Origin: Malacoraja senta
Lineage: Eukaryota
NCBI GenBank assembly: GCA_038087875.1
Contig: CM075988.1
Span: forward strand, 16,432,001-16,496,000
DNA length: 64,000 bases
Direction: 5' to 3'
The notes below the pieces were generated by a model. It made no database searches, was not told where the DNA came from, and was given only the letters and a program-made list of their open reading frames with translations. Below are positions 12,900 to 23,219 of the stretch, piece by piece (positions within the stretch are counted from its first letter, which is position 1; each line of letters begins with the position of its first letter). The position numbers and the translations under genes were made by a program.

Positions 12900-13660
12900 T
12901 TCTGTCACTTCAATTCACCTTTCTCTGACATATGTTTGTGGCCTCCTGCACTATTACACAGAGGCTCAACACAAGCTTGAGGAGCAGCACATCATTTTCC
13001 ATAGAGGCATGTTGCAGCCTCACTGACTCAATATCAAATGTAATAAGATAGTCACAAAAAACTGGAGTAACTGAGCGGGACAGGCAGCATCTCTGGAGAG
13101 AAGGAATGTGTGACGTTTCGGGTCGAGACCCCTCTTCAAACAGGTCTGAGGAAGGGTCTTGACCCGAAACGTCACCCATTCCTTCTCTCCAGAGGTGCTG
13201 ACTGTCCCACTGAGTTACTCCAGCTTTTTGTGACTATCTTCGGTTCAAACCAGCATCTGCAGTTCCTTCCTACATCAAATATAATAATTTCAGACAACGT
13301 GCTATCCCTACATCAGATCTGACATTAACTCAGCTTCCTGATCTCTATTACACGGCCTAATCAGCTGGGCATTTCTACAGGTCACCAATTTTACATGCTC
13401 CTTTGTGTTCCCATTCTCTTTAGCAAATCAACCAGAGAGTTTTATCAACTAATGATCACCTCAGCAACTCTGGCCTCACCCTATCGGAGATAGTCCCTCT
13501 ACTCTGCATCTTCAAACTAATTTGTTTTACTCTCTTTCCCATTCCTCACCAAGGATCTTTAACCTATGACCTTCATTCTGTTTCACTTTCCACAGGTGCT
13601 ACTACCTTGCTTGCCATGTATGACTAGCAGTTTCTGTTCAAATTTCCAGCACCTGCACTT
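12900..13660 (+). mobile_element. Penelope-like 3' end with an inserted palindromic pseudo-LTR derivative
   Basis: GLLHYYTEAQHKLEEQHIIFH-like C-terminus at about 12940-13040; inverted repeat at about 13047-13250. Confidence 0.75.
13143..13176 (+). ncRNA. Minimal type I hammerhead ribozyme motif (Penelope-associated)
   Basis: GGT-CTGAGGA-A-GGGTC-TT-GACCC-GAAAC-GTC|ACC: conserved core, stem II, palindromic ACGT stem III and GUC cleavage triplet. Confidence 0.7.
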
Positions 13661-14177
13661 TTTTTGAGTTTCATTGTAATATATGTTGCCATAAAATGAG
13701 GCATCTATTTTGGATATTCATACTCTCTCTAAGATATTTAACTGAAATCAGTCTGACAGGCATTCTTTGTCTAGCCCGCCTCCTCTATTTTCTCAAACCC
13801 TTAAAGTCCATGGGAATGGCCACCATCTCTTCGCTGAGCGATCCAGTTACTTGACCACAAAACACCAGTTGCCAAGCTGTTCTGACCTCCATTGACACAT
13901 GTGGACAATTTGCAATACTTGTGACCCATCCAGTGCCTGTGGCGAATGATTGCACATTTTCTTTTTCAACACTACTGTATCAAAGGTACCATCACCACAA
14001 TAGTGAGTGAGTGTTAGTCCCAGGGGTAGTATTTATGCAATGTTCGAACCGTGGTGTTAACGATCTTAGTGGGTGGAAAAATGAACTCCCACTCCAACGC
14101 CCAGACAGATGCAAGTATTATATGGGTGCCACCCTTCCCATTATAGTGTTTGTGGGAGGCTGTAAAACCATTGTTTA

Positions 14178-15078
14178 ATATAGATAGATAGATAGATTCC
14201 ATTATTGTCATTCAGACCTTTCGGTCTGAACGAAATTATGTTGCCTGCAGTCATACACAGAACCAATAATAACAAAACATACAATAAACACAAATTAAAC
14301 ATCCACCACAGTGAGTTCACCAAGCACATCCTCACTGTGATGGAGGCAAAGTCTTAGTCTCTGTCTCTTCCCTCCTTGTTCTTCCTCTGCGCTGAGGCGA
14401 TCGATCCAGGCCAAAGATGCCGCCCTCCAGTCCAGCGGACCTCCGTGGTGATGTCGCCGCCGCCGGAACGCCGTCTCCGCTCTGAGACGGCCCGCCACAG
14501 CATCAGCTCCAGGCCGCTGCCCCAGCTCCAGGCCGCTGCCCCAGCTCCGGGTCCCGCAATCTCTGCTCCGGGCCGCCGCCCCAGCTCCGGGTCCCGCAGT
14601 CTCCGCTCCAGGCCGCTGCCCCAGCTCCGGGTCCCGCAGTCTCCGCTCCAGGCCGCTGCCCCAGCTCCGGGTCCCGCAGTCTCCACTCCGGACCCCGCTG
14701 TATCAGCTCCAGGCCGCCGCCGAAATCCAGAACGCCGCACCAGCAAGTCGGGCCACCGCTGCCTCAGCCCCGAAGACGGCCAGCATCTCGTTGGTAAGTC
14801 CTGGCTGGCTCTGCCTCCGTAGCCTCGGGGTCGGTCACAGGTTGGAGGCCGCCAGCTCCGCCATTAGGCCTCAGCGCAGACGGAGGCAGATAAGGGGGAC
14901 ACGACACGAAAAAGTCGCATTCCCCCGAAGGAAGAGACAGAGAACATGTTTCACCCCCCCTAACACAACCCAACAAACTAAAACTTAACCAAAACAAGAC
15001 AAAAAAAACAACAGAAAAAAGTAAAAACAGACGGACTGCAGGCGAGCCGCAGCTGTTAAACAGCGCCGCCACTTCCGG
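14178..15078 (-). mobile_element. Non-autonomous retroposon with GC-rich minisatellite and (TATC)n tail
   Basis: Minus-strand start CCGGAAGTGGCGGCG; 39-bp tandem units at about 14500-14720; perfect hairpin TTCAGACC-TTTC-GGTCTGAA near the tail. Confidence 0.6.
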
Positions 15079-15660
15079 ACTCAGTGTAATAATACTCAGT
15101 GAAGAACTAATCACTCCATCGGCGGCTATTAAACTATAGGTCAGCAAGGAGGAATTATATTGCTGGCTCTTGGAACGTTAATCAGCGCCTGAATTCTTCA
15201 TATTATACTTTACATGAAGACAGTGCGGATATAAAAATGATTGCATTAGCATCCTAACTTTAAAGCGTAGACTCGATGGGTCGAATGGCCTAATAACTTA
15301 TGAAGTATGGATTATGGATAAAGGCCATCTCAAGAATTGCCACTGCAAAGCTCAGCCATCTATTATTGGATTCCATATAAATGAAGGGTGGTTCTGCTCA
15401 AGAAGGCCAAGGATCAAATATCAAGAGTGTTTTATTATATGTAGAAATAGAACAATTAATTTCTTACTGTCTATGATAAGCATGGTACTGTAGAACATTA
15501 ATCGGGGCCAGAGTATTTTCTTGAGTAAACTTTCATTTCCTAAGTGAGTGAGAGGAACTATCCAGATTTATTCTTCTTGAATGAGGTGGGAACTGATGTA
15601 CTGGAATATACACAGCATCACAATGATGCGTCCAGCTCGTTGAAAGCAAATTAAATATGT

Positions 15661-16500
15661 TGTTACGGTTCACTTCTTAATAAACAGACAACTCACAAAA
15701 CGTTTGTTAGACCAACTCAAGCTTTACTGATCATCGGCTGGGAAGTGAGGGGGATACACCAGTCAAGTAAGCAACACAGACACTTGACTTCCCCCGTGCC
15801 ACCACTTAAATGAACAAAGAGTTGCATGATCTTTTATACTGTGTGTTTGTCACTTAGTCACATTCCAAAGATGTTAGTCATGGTCAGAGATACAGTCAAT
15901 AAACATTACCACAGGATGCGTCTGAGCTTGTCTCTTGTCAATTAGTGGACACATTTCAAAGGCATTATATCAGTTGGTACTTTCAAGACAAGACATCTCA
16001 AAGGCATCGGTCATTGTCTCAATATACATCACCGAGACAAGTCTGAGCTCTCTATCATCAATTGGTAGACACATTTCAAAGGCATCGGTCATTGTCTCTA
16101 TACACAGCAACCTGAGGCTTCTCTCTCTCTCTTATCAATCCACTGGAAAAGGCCTGCTTGAGATGAAATATAAGCTATAACCTAGTCCAGGGTTCCATTA
16201 TGTATTTAACCTTTTCATTAATGTGTTATTTGAATCCTAAAAGTAACAAAGACTATGAAATGCAGAAACTTAAAAAGGCAGAAAAGATTAAAAGGGATGG
16301 TATACCTAAGAATTGGGATGTGTTACAAGCAGAATGTAATTGGCATGATAAAACACCAGGAAAAGGCCTGATCGAGTCGCAAATTAAGCTACAATTGGTA
16401 AAAAGAGAAAAAAAGGGCGCTATAACGAAATATATGCTGTAACCTAGTCCAGGATTCCATTATATATCTTTTATATATTTAAAAGCATTTAACCTTTTCA
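15661..16500 (-). mobile_element. Probable solo LTR with internal tandem duplications
   Basis: TG...CA termini with 4-bp ATGT flanks; minus-strand TATAAAA (about 15832) and AGTAAA (about 15723); repeated GACACATTTCAAAGGCAT units. Confidence 0.62.
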
Positions 16501-17299
16501 ATGTGTGTTTGTGTGTGTGTGTAGGAAGCTCCAAAAAACACTAATGTGATGATGACCAGATGCCTTTTCTTTCCACTGATGGTGACTAAATGATAAATAT
16601 TGTCAGGAAAAATAATTGCCCCAAAGTTTTTCTAGTCTATCTGAGTGCATGAAATATTTACACATGTAAACACGTGGGGATATTGATAGAGTATTTGGCT
16701 CAGGGTGTGGATAAAGACTCATCTTTGATGCAAGACAGAATTGTTTGTCAGTGCCTCAACCATTCACAATTAATTTGCATCCTTTTCACAAAGGATAAGG
16801 ATTTATCAAGGAGAAATTTGCATTTATAATTACATTTTAAGCATGCTTATTCTTTTATTTATTAATTATACAAAGGTGTTCAGTGCTCCTTTGTATGATG
16901 ATACCTTACTGTGTGCTGTATAGGATGAGTTAATGATAATTATGGAGACACAAGGAACTGCAGATGCTGGTTAAATAAAAAGACAAATGGTGTTGCAGTT
17001 CAGTTTAGTTTTCACGCTTGTATAGCTTTTGTCCGATGGGAATGGGGAGAAGGAGTGGCCAGTATGAGACTCGTCTTTGATTATGCTGCTGGCCTTGCTG
17101 AGGCAGCATGAGGTATAAATGGAGTCAATGGAAGAGAGGTTGGTTTGTGTGATGATCTGGGCTGCATCCACAATTTGCAGCAATTTCTTGTGGTCTTAGA
17201 TGGAGCTCAAACCAAGCTGTGATGCATTCTGATCAATTGCTTTCGACGGCGCATCTGTAGAAATTGGTGAGAGTTTTTGGGACATGTCGAACTTCCTAA

Positions 17300-17628
17300 A
17301 AGCCCTGTCCCACGGTACGAGTTCATTCCAAGAGCTCTCCCGAGTTTTTAAAAAGTCTAACTCGTGGTAAGCACGGAGAATGAACGTAGCGGGTACGTCG
17401 GAGCTCGGGGACGTCACTTAGCGGTTCGTAACGCTAATGGCAGGCACTCGGGAAGACTCGCTAATGGCAGGTAAGCACGGGAAGACTCGTGAAGATTTTT
17501 CAACATGTTGAAAAATGTCCACGAGAGCCCGAGTACCGACGAGTGGCCATTACCGTAAATCTCCGAGTTCGAATCAGGGCAAACTCGGGAGAGCTCTTGG
17601 AATGAACTCGTACCGTGGGACAGGGCTA
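17300..17628. mobile_element. Harbinger-type MITE inserted in a LINE fragment
   Basis: TAA TSD; TIR AGCCCTGTCCCACGGTACGAGTTCATTCCAAGAGCTCTCCCGAGTTT. Confidence 0.9.
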
Positions 17629-17659
17629 TAAGCCTTCTAAGGAAGTAGAGGCGTTGGTA

Positions 17660-18450
17660 TGCTGGAGTAACTCAGCAGATCAGACAGCATCACTGGAGAA
17701 CATGGATAGGTGATGTTTTGGGTCAGGATCTTCCTTCAGACTGATTGTAGTAAAGGCATGAGAGGTGGGGGTAGGACAAGTGATAGGTGGATACAAATAA
17801 GGAGAGGATGTGATAGGTTAAAGGCCAGAGATGAAAAGATATAATACGAGCTAAGGAAAAAATAGCAAATTGTGAAGCCAGAGAAAGGAATATAGGTGAG
17901 GGGGGGGGGGGGGGGGCAGGGGAAGGGGAAAAATGGGTGAAAATCCAGATGAGGCACATGGAAGAGAGTAAAGTAAAGTAAAGTAAAGTAAGTTTATTTA
18001 TATAGCGCCTTTCAATCAGATTACTGAAACCAAAGCGCTTCACAGACAATTAACCATACAAATAAAAATAAAAAGGTAGAATAAAAAAGACACGACACAC
18101 CACTTAGAGATTCAACATGAACATCCCGCCACAGCAGAGTCGACACTCTCCACTGTGAGGGAAAGGCACCAAAATGTCCAGTCCTCCTCCCAGTCCACCC
18201 GAGATCGGGTGGTTGTTACCTAAAACTGGATAATTCAATGTTCATATCGTTAGACTGTAAGCTACCCAAGTGGAACATGAAGAGCTGTTCCTCCAGTTTG
18301 TGTGGGGCCTCACTCTGGCAATGGAGGAGACCCAGTATGGGAATGAGAAGCGGAGTTACAACCCGGAGATCCTGTAGCCCTTGGGGAACTGAGCACGTGT
18401 TCGACGAAACCGTCGCTTTGTCTACACTTGATCTCACCGATGTAAAGGAC
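17660..18450 (-). mobile_element. Penelope-like 3' region, interrupted by a (GTAAA)n-tailed retroposon at about 17968-18215
   Basis: LLHCQSEAPHKLEEQLFMFHLGSLQSNDMNIELSSFR* C-terminus followed by pseudo-LTR sequence. Confidence 0.75.
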
Positions 18451-19129
18451 TGCGAGGGGTTGAATACATCCATGACAAGGATTGTAACATAGTTGTATAA
18501 TAGTTTCTTTAGTATATTTCTTTGTCTTGTATTATGGTGGTGGGTTCTGTTTTGTTTTATTGTATTGTAAATATTATTTTTAATAACTGATTAATTTTTT
18601 GGATAATTAAAAAAAGGGATGATTGTTTGATGGGACTTACGTTACAGAGAGCTGTGTTTATGGAGGGAGGAAAAGGGGAAGTTGAAGACCTTGGATTATT
18701 CAAATCTAATGTAACAAAGGCACAATATTTAAAAAAAGAAAAGACAACTAAGAAAGACAATCTTAGTGATTCATGGATATTGTGCACCTCTCAGTACACT
18801 ACATTGATTTTTTAGGATGTAGTCCCTTTCTTAATCATGTAATGAACAAATAGCTGCTCATTCCCTTTGCTCACAGTCTTTGAACATGCTGTAGATTGAT
18901 TCAGACACTGAGATGTTTGTAAGAACACTACCCAAGGGTGATTGCAAGGGCACTGACAGGCAGTTAAAGATTATACAGAGACTCTAAATCAGGCCAAGTA
19001 AGCTTATTAATGGTCTTAGACAGTCTTGCTGAGATTCATTACACTGCCCCATCCACTCCATCAAGCACTCGGCTGGGTGAAAATCACGGGCTGCTTTAGA
19101 AGGAAAATAAATTTTAACGAGGGTACAAT

Positions 19130-19183
19130 ATGCTGGCCACTCTGATGGCAGTGTTGTTCCTTATCACCAGAGCAGTTGCGCAG
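19130..19183 (+). CDS. Candidate first coding exon encoding a signal peptide MLATLMAVLFLITRAVAQ
   Basis: ATG with A at -3, hydrophobic core, AxA cleavage motif, consensus donor CAG|GTGAGT; phase 0, matching the 23109 exon. Confidence 0.55.
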
Positions 19184-19937
19184 GTGAGTCTAACAGCATA
19201 AGTAACAATTGCTGTTAATAGCTGTGTTAAACATGATCTTTGCATCAATGTCATCTGTTTTCAGAAAAAAATAACTATTCACCTCTTTCCCTGATTCTAC
19301 CCATCCCCTCCCCCCCCACACCGATCAATCAAATGTACCGTAAGGATGAGGTTTTGTGATTATAAGGTCTTAGCTTGAACCCAGAACTGCGATCAGTGAA
19401 GTGATCTCGGATAAGTAGCATAGCTTCCGAAAGATATTGTGATCAAAAGAAAACCTATTATGGTTCATACCTAGCACTGTGACTTCTTATGAAAAGAGTG
19501 TGAATAAAGACATCTAGTGTGAATATAATGGTATTTCAGTGAAAGCAAGCTATGGAATTGTTCCAAACAGAGCAAGGTCTTTCTATATATTTCCGACTGT
19601 CTGCGCCACCTGTTATCCCCGGAACCACTTCCTTATCAAGGTCAGCTTTTTAATTAGAAAAATGTACTTTAATCGTGATAAAAAATATATACCAAACAAA
19701 AACTGCAGAACTCTTAATGTATTCTGAGTGTACATTCAATATTCAATTAGTAACTCAGTGGGTTCCTTAACTCACTGGAGAAAAGGACAGGTGATGTTTC
19801 AGGTTGAGACCCTTCTTCAGACTCCAGACATCTGCAGTTCCTTCCTACAAACTTCCCTTAAAGTCAGCCAGCCAGCCAGCCAAGAGCAATGTTTATAAAG
19901 TGGGATATTTTATGATTTACGTACTCTCTGAAATTTA

Positions 19938-20034
19938 TGTTGAGGTCGGAGTCGGGACTCTTTTACCGACTCCGACTCCAGCAGCACCAAAATTGCTCCG
20001 ACTTCGACTCGACAACTCCGACTCCACAGCCCTG
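19938..20034 (-). mobile_element. End fragment of a non-autonomous DNA transposon (hAT-like)
   Basis: Minus-strand terminus CAGGGCTGTGGAGTCGGAG with (GGAGTC)n subterminal repeats; the other end was not found. Confidence 0.5.
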
Positions 20035-20239
20035 TTCTGCATTGTACACAACAACAGAAAGTCCAAGACTTTATTGGTGGACGCAGGAAATGAAAGAATT
20101 TCCTGCCACACCGTCAGGAGGAGAATCGACTGATAAATCGATTGCTGCCAAATCACAATAATCAATCTCCATTTATCAATTAACAAAAAATTGACATGAT
20201 GGTGAAAGTTTGCCTACCATGGTTTCAAAGTCAGCTGTT

Positions 20240-20748
20240 CTAGTCACCCATCCAAATGAAGGGGATCATTACATTGGAAAGGGTGCAGAAAAAAGATTCA
20301 ATAGGATGTAACCCGAGCTTCCGGGTTTAGGTTATAGGGAGAGGTTGGATAGGATGGGACTTTTTTCATGGGAGCATAGGATGCCGAGACCTTATTGAGG
20401 TGCGCAAAATCATGAGGGCATTGGTTAAAGTGAATGTTCACAGTGTTTTCCAGGGTAGAAGATTCTAAAACTAGAGGTCATAGACTTAAGGTGAGAGTGG
20501 AGTGATTTAAGGGGCAACATTTTCACACAGAGTTGGTACTTCGTATCGGGAATGAGCTGCAGGAGGAAGAGATAGTAATGGTTAAATGACTTTTCAAAGA
20601 CATTTAGACAGATATATGGATAGGAGAGATTTAGGAGGTTATGGGCCTAATGCAGGGAACGGAACTATCTTAATATGCCCACTTGGTCGACATGGACAAG
20701 GTGGACCAAAGGCCTAGTTTTCATGCCATTCTGCTCTATGAGCCTATG
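20240..20748 (+). mobile_element. Old CR1 LINE 3' fragment
   Basis: LERVQ...SYRERLDR.GLF...KTRGHRLKV-like sequence; similar fragments at about 27470, 28000, 38560, 39225(-), 41825(-), 43225 and 53610(-). Confidence 0.8.
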
Positions 20749-21559
20749 TTCCTCACCATCATGCAGTACTTATCCCTTGTCATTTGACAAATTTCATATA
20801 TGTAATATTTGATGTATTTTTAATTGGCCTAAATATGCAACACAACCTCAAGTAATTTTTTAGACAATTTAGACTTGAGATTCAAAAGGACTTGCCGGCA
20901 TCCTCTGGGTCTCCGATTTCCTAAGTGTTGAATGTAATATAAGGTATTTTGTCTTCAAATGTGTTTTAAGTTTTTGGCTGGTAGAGATACCAAATGCCTG
21001 ACACGACCTCCTGGGGCTAGTAAGTAAATCTGGAAACTAAAAGAAAAGCTTGCTCATCGTAAGACCACCAAAAATTGTGCAGATGATTAAAAACTGTAAA
21101 ATAGTTGTAGTAGCAGTTTATCAGTTGTAACAGTGTTTTCAGTTATCACTTGGAATGCCACAGTGGCAGCTACCTCATAGAGCCAGGGACCTGTTCCTTG
21201 GGTGCTGTCTGTGTGGTGTTTGTTCATTCTCCCTGTGATCGGGTGGGTTACCTCCAGGTGGTCCAGTTTCCTCTCACATCCCAAAGATGTGTGGGTTTGT
21301 TGCTTAATTGGCCACTGTAAATTGCACTTAGTGTGTCGGGAGTGGACGAGAAAGTGGGATAACACAACTAATGTGAACGGGTTGGCATGGACTTGGTGGG
21401 CAGAAGGGCCTGTTTCCATGCTGTATCTCTAATTTAAACTAAACTAGGCTGAGGTACAGATTTTGTAGGATTCACAAGCCTAATATGATTGAGCACCTTC
21501 GGGGGGAGAGAGACGCAGCTATTTTACACTAGCTTATCTCACCTCTCTTCATAGGTAGA

Positions 21560-21929
21560 CACAACCTGGTGCAATCCATACACAATTATTGGATACTGTC
21601 TACAAAATTAAATAATTACAATGGAGGTGATGTTTAAGAAAGAACTACAGATGCTGGAAAAATCAAAGGTAGACAAAAATGCTGGAGAAACTCAGCGAGT
21701 GAGGCAGCATCTATGGAGCAAAGGAATAGGTGACGTTTTGGGACTCGACCCGAAACGCACCTATTCCTTCGTTCCATGGATGCTGACTCACTCGCTGAGT
21801 TTCTCCAGCATTTTTGTCTACCTTTGATTTTTCCAGCATCTGTAGTTCTTTCTTAAACATCACCTCCATTGTAATTATTTAATTTTGTAGACAGTATCCA
21901 ATAATTGTGTATGGATTGCACCAGGTTGT
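21560..21929. repeat. 370-bp inverted repeat (Penelope palindrome plus mirrored flank)
   Basis: ACAACCTGGTGCAATCC... is mirrored by ...GGATTGCACCAGGTTGT; centre at about 21745. Confidence 0.93.
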
Positions 21930-22595
21930 TTGTGCAGAATGTCCTTGTGGCACTGCCCACCTGGATCGCCAGAATAGATTGGCAGAACTCAATTAATTCT
22001 TTCAACGTAATGGCAGCACCTCTAACAATGAGGCACTCCTAGAGTGCTGCTCTTAAACCTCCATCAAGAGAATCTACTTGGGATGAGACTTCAACTCCCA
22101 GTCTGACATCTTAATTGAACAACCAAGATGGGACCAGAGGAGCAAACGAAAAATGTCTAGCCCTATCGCAGTGTGAACAGATCATTGCTGATTATTAACG
22201 TGCTAATTTTCTCAGTTGATGGTGTTACATCTATTTGAGCATTTCGGTGAGTTGGTTTAAAAAAAAGTATTAAGACCAAGAAGATTTTTCATGGCCAAAT
22301 ATTTAATGGGTGATTATGTTGAAAGAGCATTTATTAGCATAATGACATCAGTAATAAATGCCGGCTCTTTCAACGAAATCAAGGGCCACTCACACCACGC
22401 ACATTCCCTCTTCTCCCCTCTCCATCGGACAGAAGATACAGAAGCACCTACCAGATTCAGGGACACCTTCTTTCCCACTTCCATTAGACTATAGAAGGAA
22501 CCTTTCATGAACCAATGGTGTGGTCCCGATCTCCCCACCTGCCTCGTTGCAGACCATGCACTTTTTTAATCTCCCCTTCCTCTATAAGTCGGTGT

Positions 22596-22660
22596 AGTTA
22601 TATAGATAACTATATAACTATATAGATAACTATATAACTAGATTAGATATAACTAGATTC
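22596..22660. repeat. AT-rich short tandem repeat
   Basis: Repeated TATATAGATAAC/TATATAAC units. Confidence 0.75.
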
Positions 22661-23108
22661 TTGATAACAACTAGAGAGCAGTCCTGAGCTACTATCTACC
22701 TCATTGGAGACCCTTGGATTATCTTTTATTGGACTTTATGTTGCACCAAATGTTATTCCCTTTATCATGTTATTCCCTTTATTCCCTTTATACACTGTGA
22801 CTGGCTTGATTGTAATCACGTATTGTCTTTCCGCTGGCTGGTTAGCCAACAAGAGCTTTTCACTGTACCTCGGTACATGTGACAATAAACTAAACTAAAC
22901 TCGTAATCTCACTATATTCTCCACTCTGGTTATTTTCTCTTTGCACTACTTGTTGATCTGTACTTGCGTATCGCTTGATTGTAATCATGTCTGGTACGAT
23001 TTGACTCGATTGCATTCAAAACACGTTTTTCATTGTCTTTTGGTACCGGTGACAATAATAAACCAATACGAATAATGCCCATTCTTGTTATCCTGTGCCA
23101 TTCTGAAG

Positions 23109-23219
23109 ATTGGGACCAGCTTTTACCGGCAGGAGCCAGTGCACTACCAGGTGAACCAACCGCTGCCCTGGAAAGTTCAGAACGTCAGCCGCAATCGAAG
23201 ATCCAGTCGGGTCGATGAG
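23109..23219 (+). CDS. Candidate internal exon IGTSFYRQEPVHYQVNQPLPWKVQNVSRNRRSSRVDE
   Basis: Pyrimidine tract plus AAG acceptor, GAG|GTAAAA donor; 111 nt, open in phase 0, GC3-rich codons. Confidence 0.55.

Noticed and set aside
14354..14822. Long overlapping Pro/Ala/Arg-rich ORFs on both strands
   Set aside because: Explained by a GC-rich 39-bp minisatellite inside a retroposon; no splice or homology evidence
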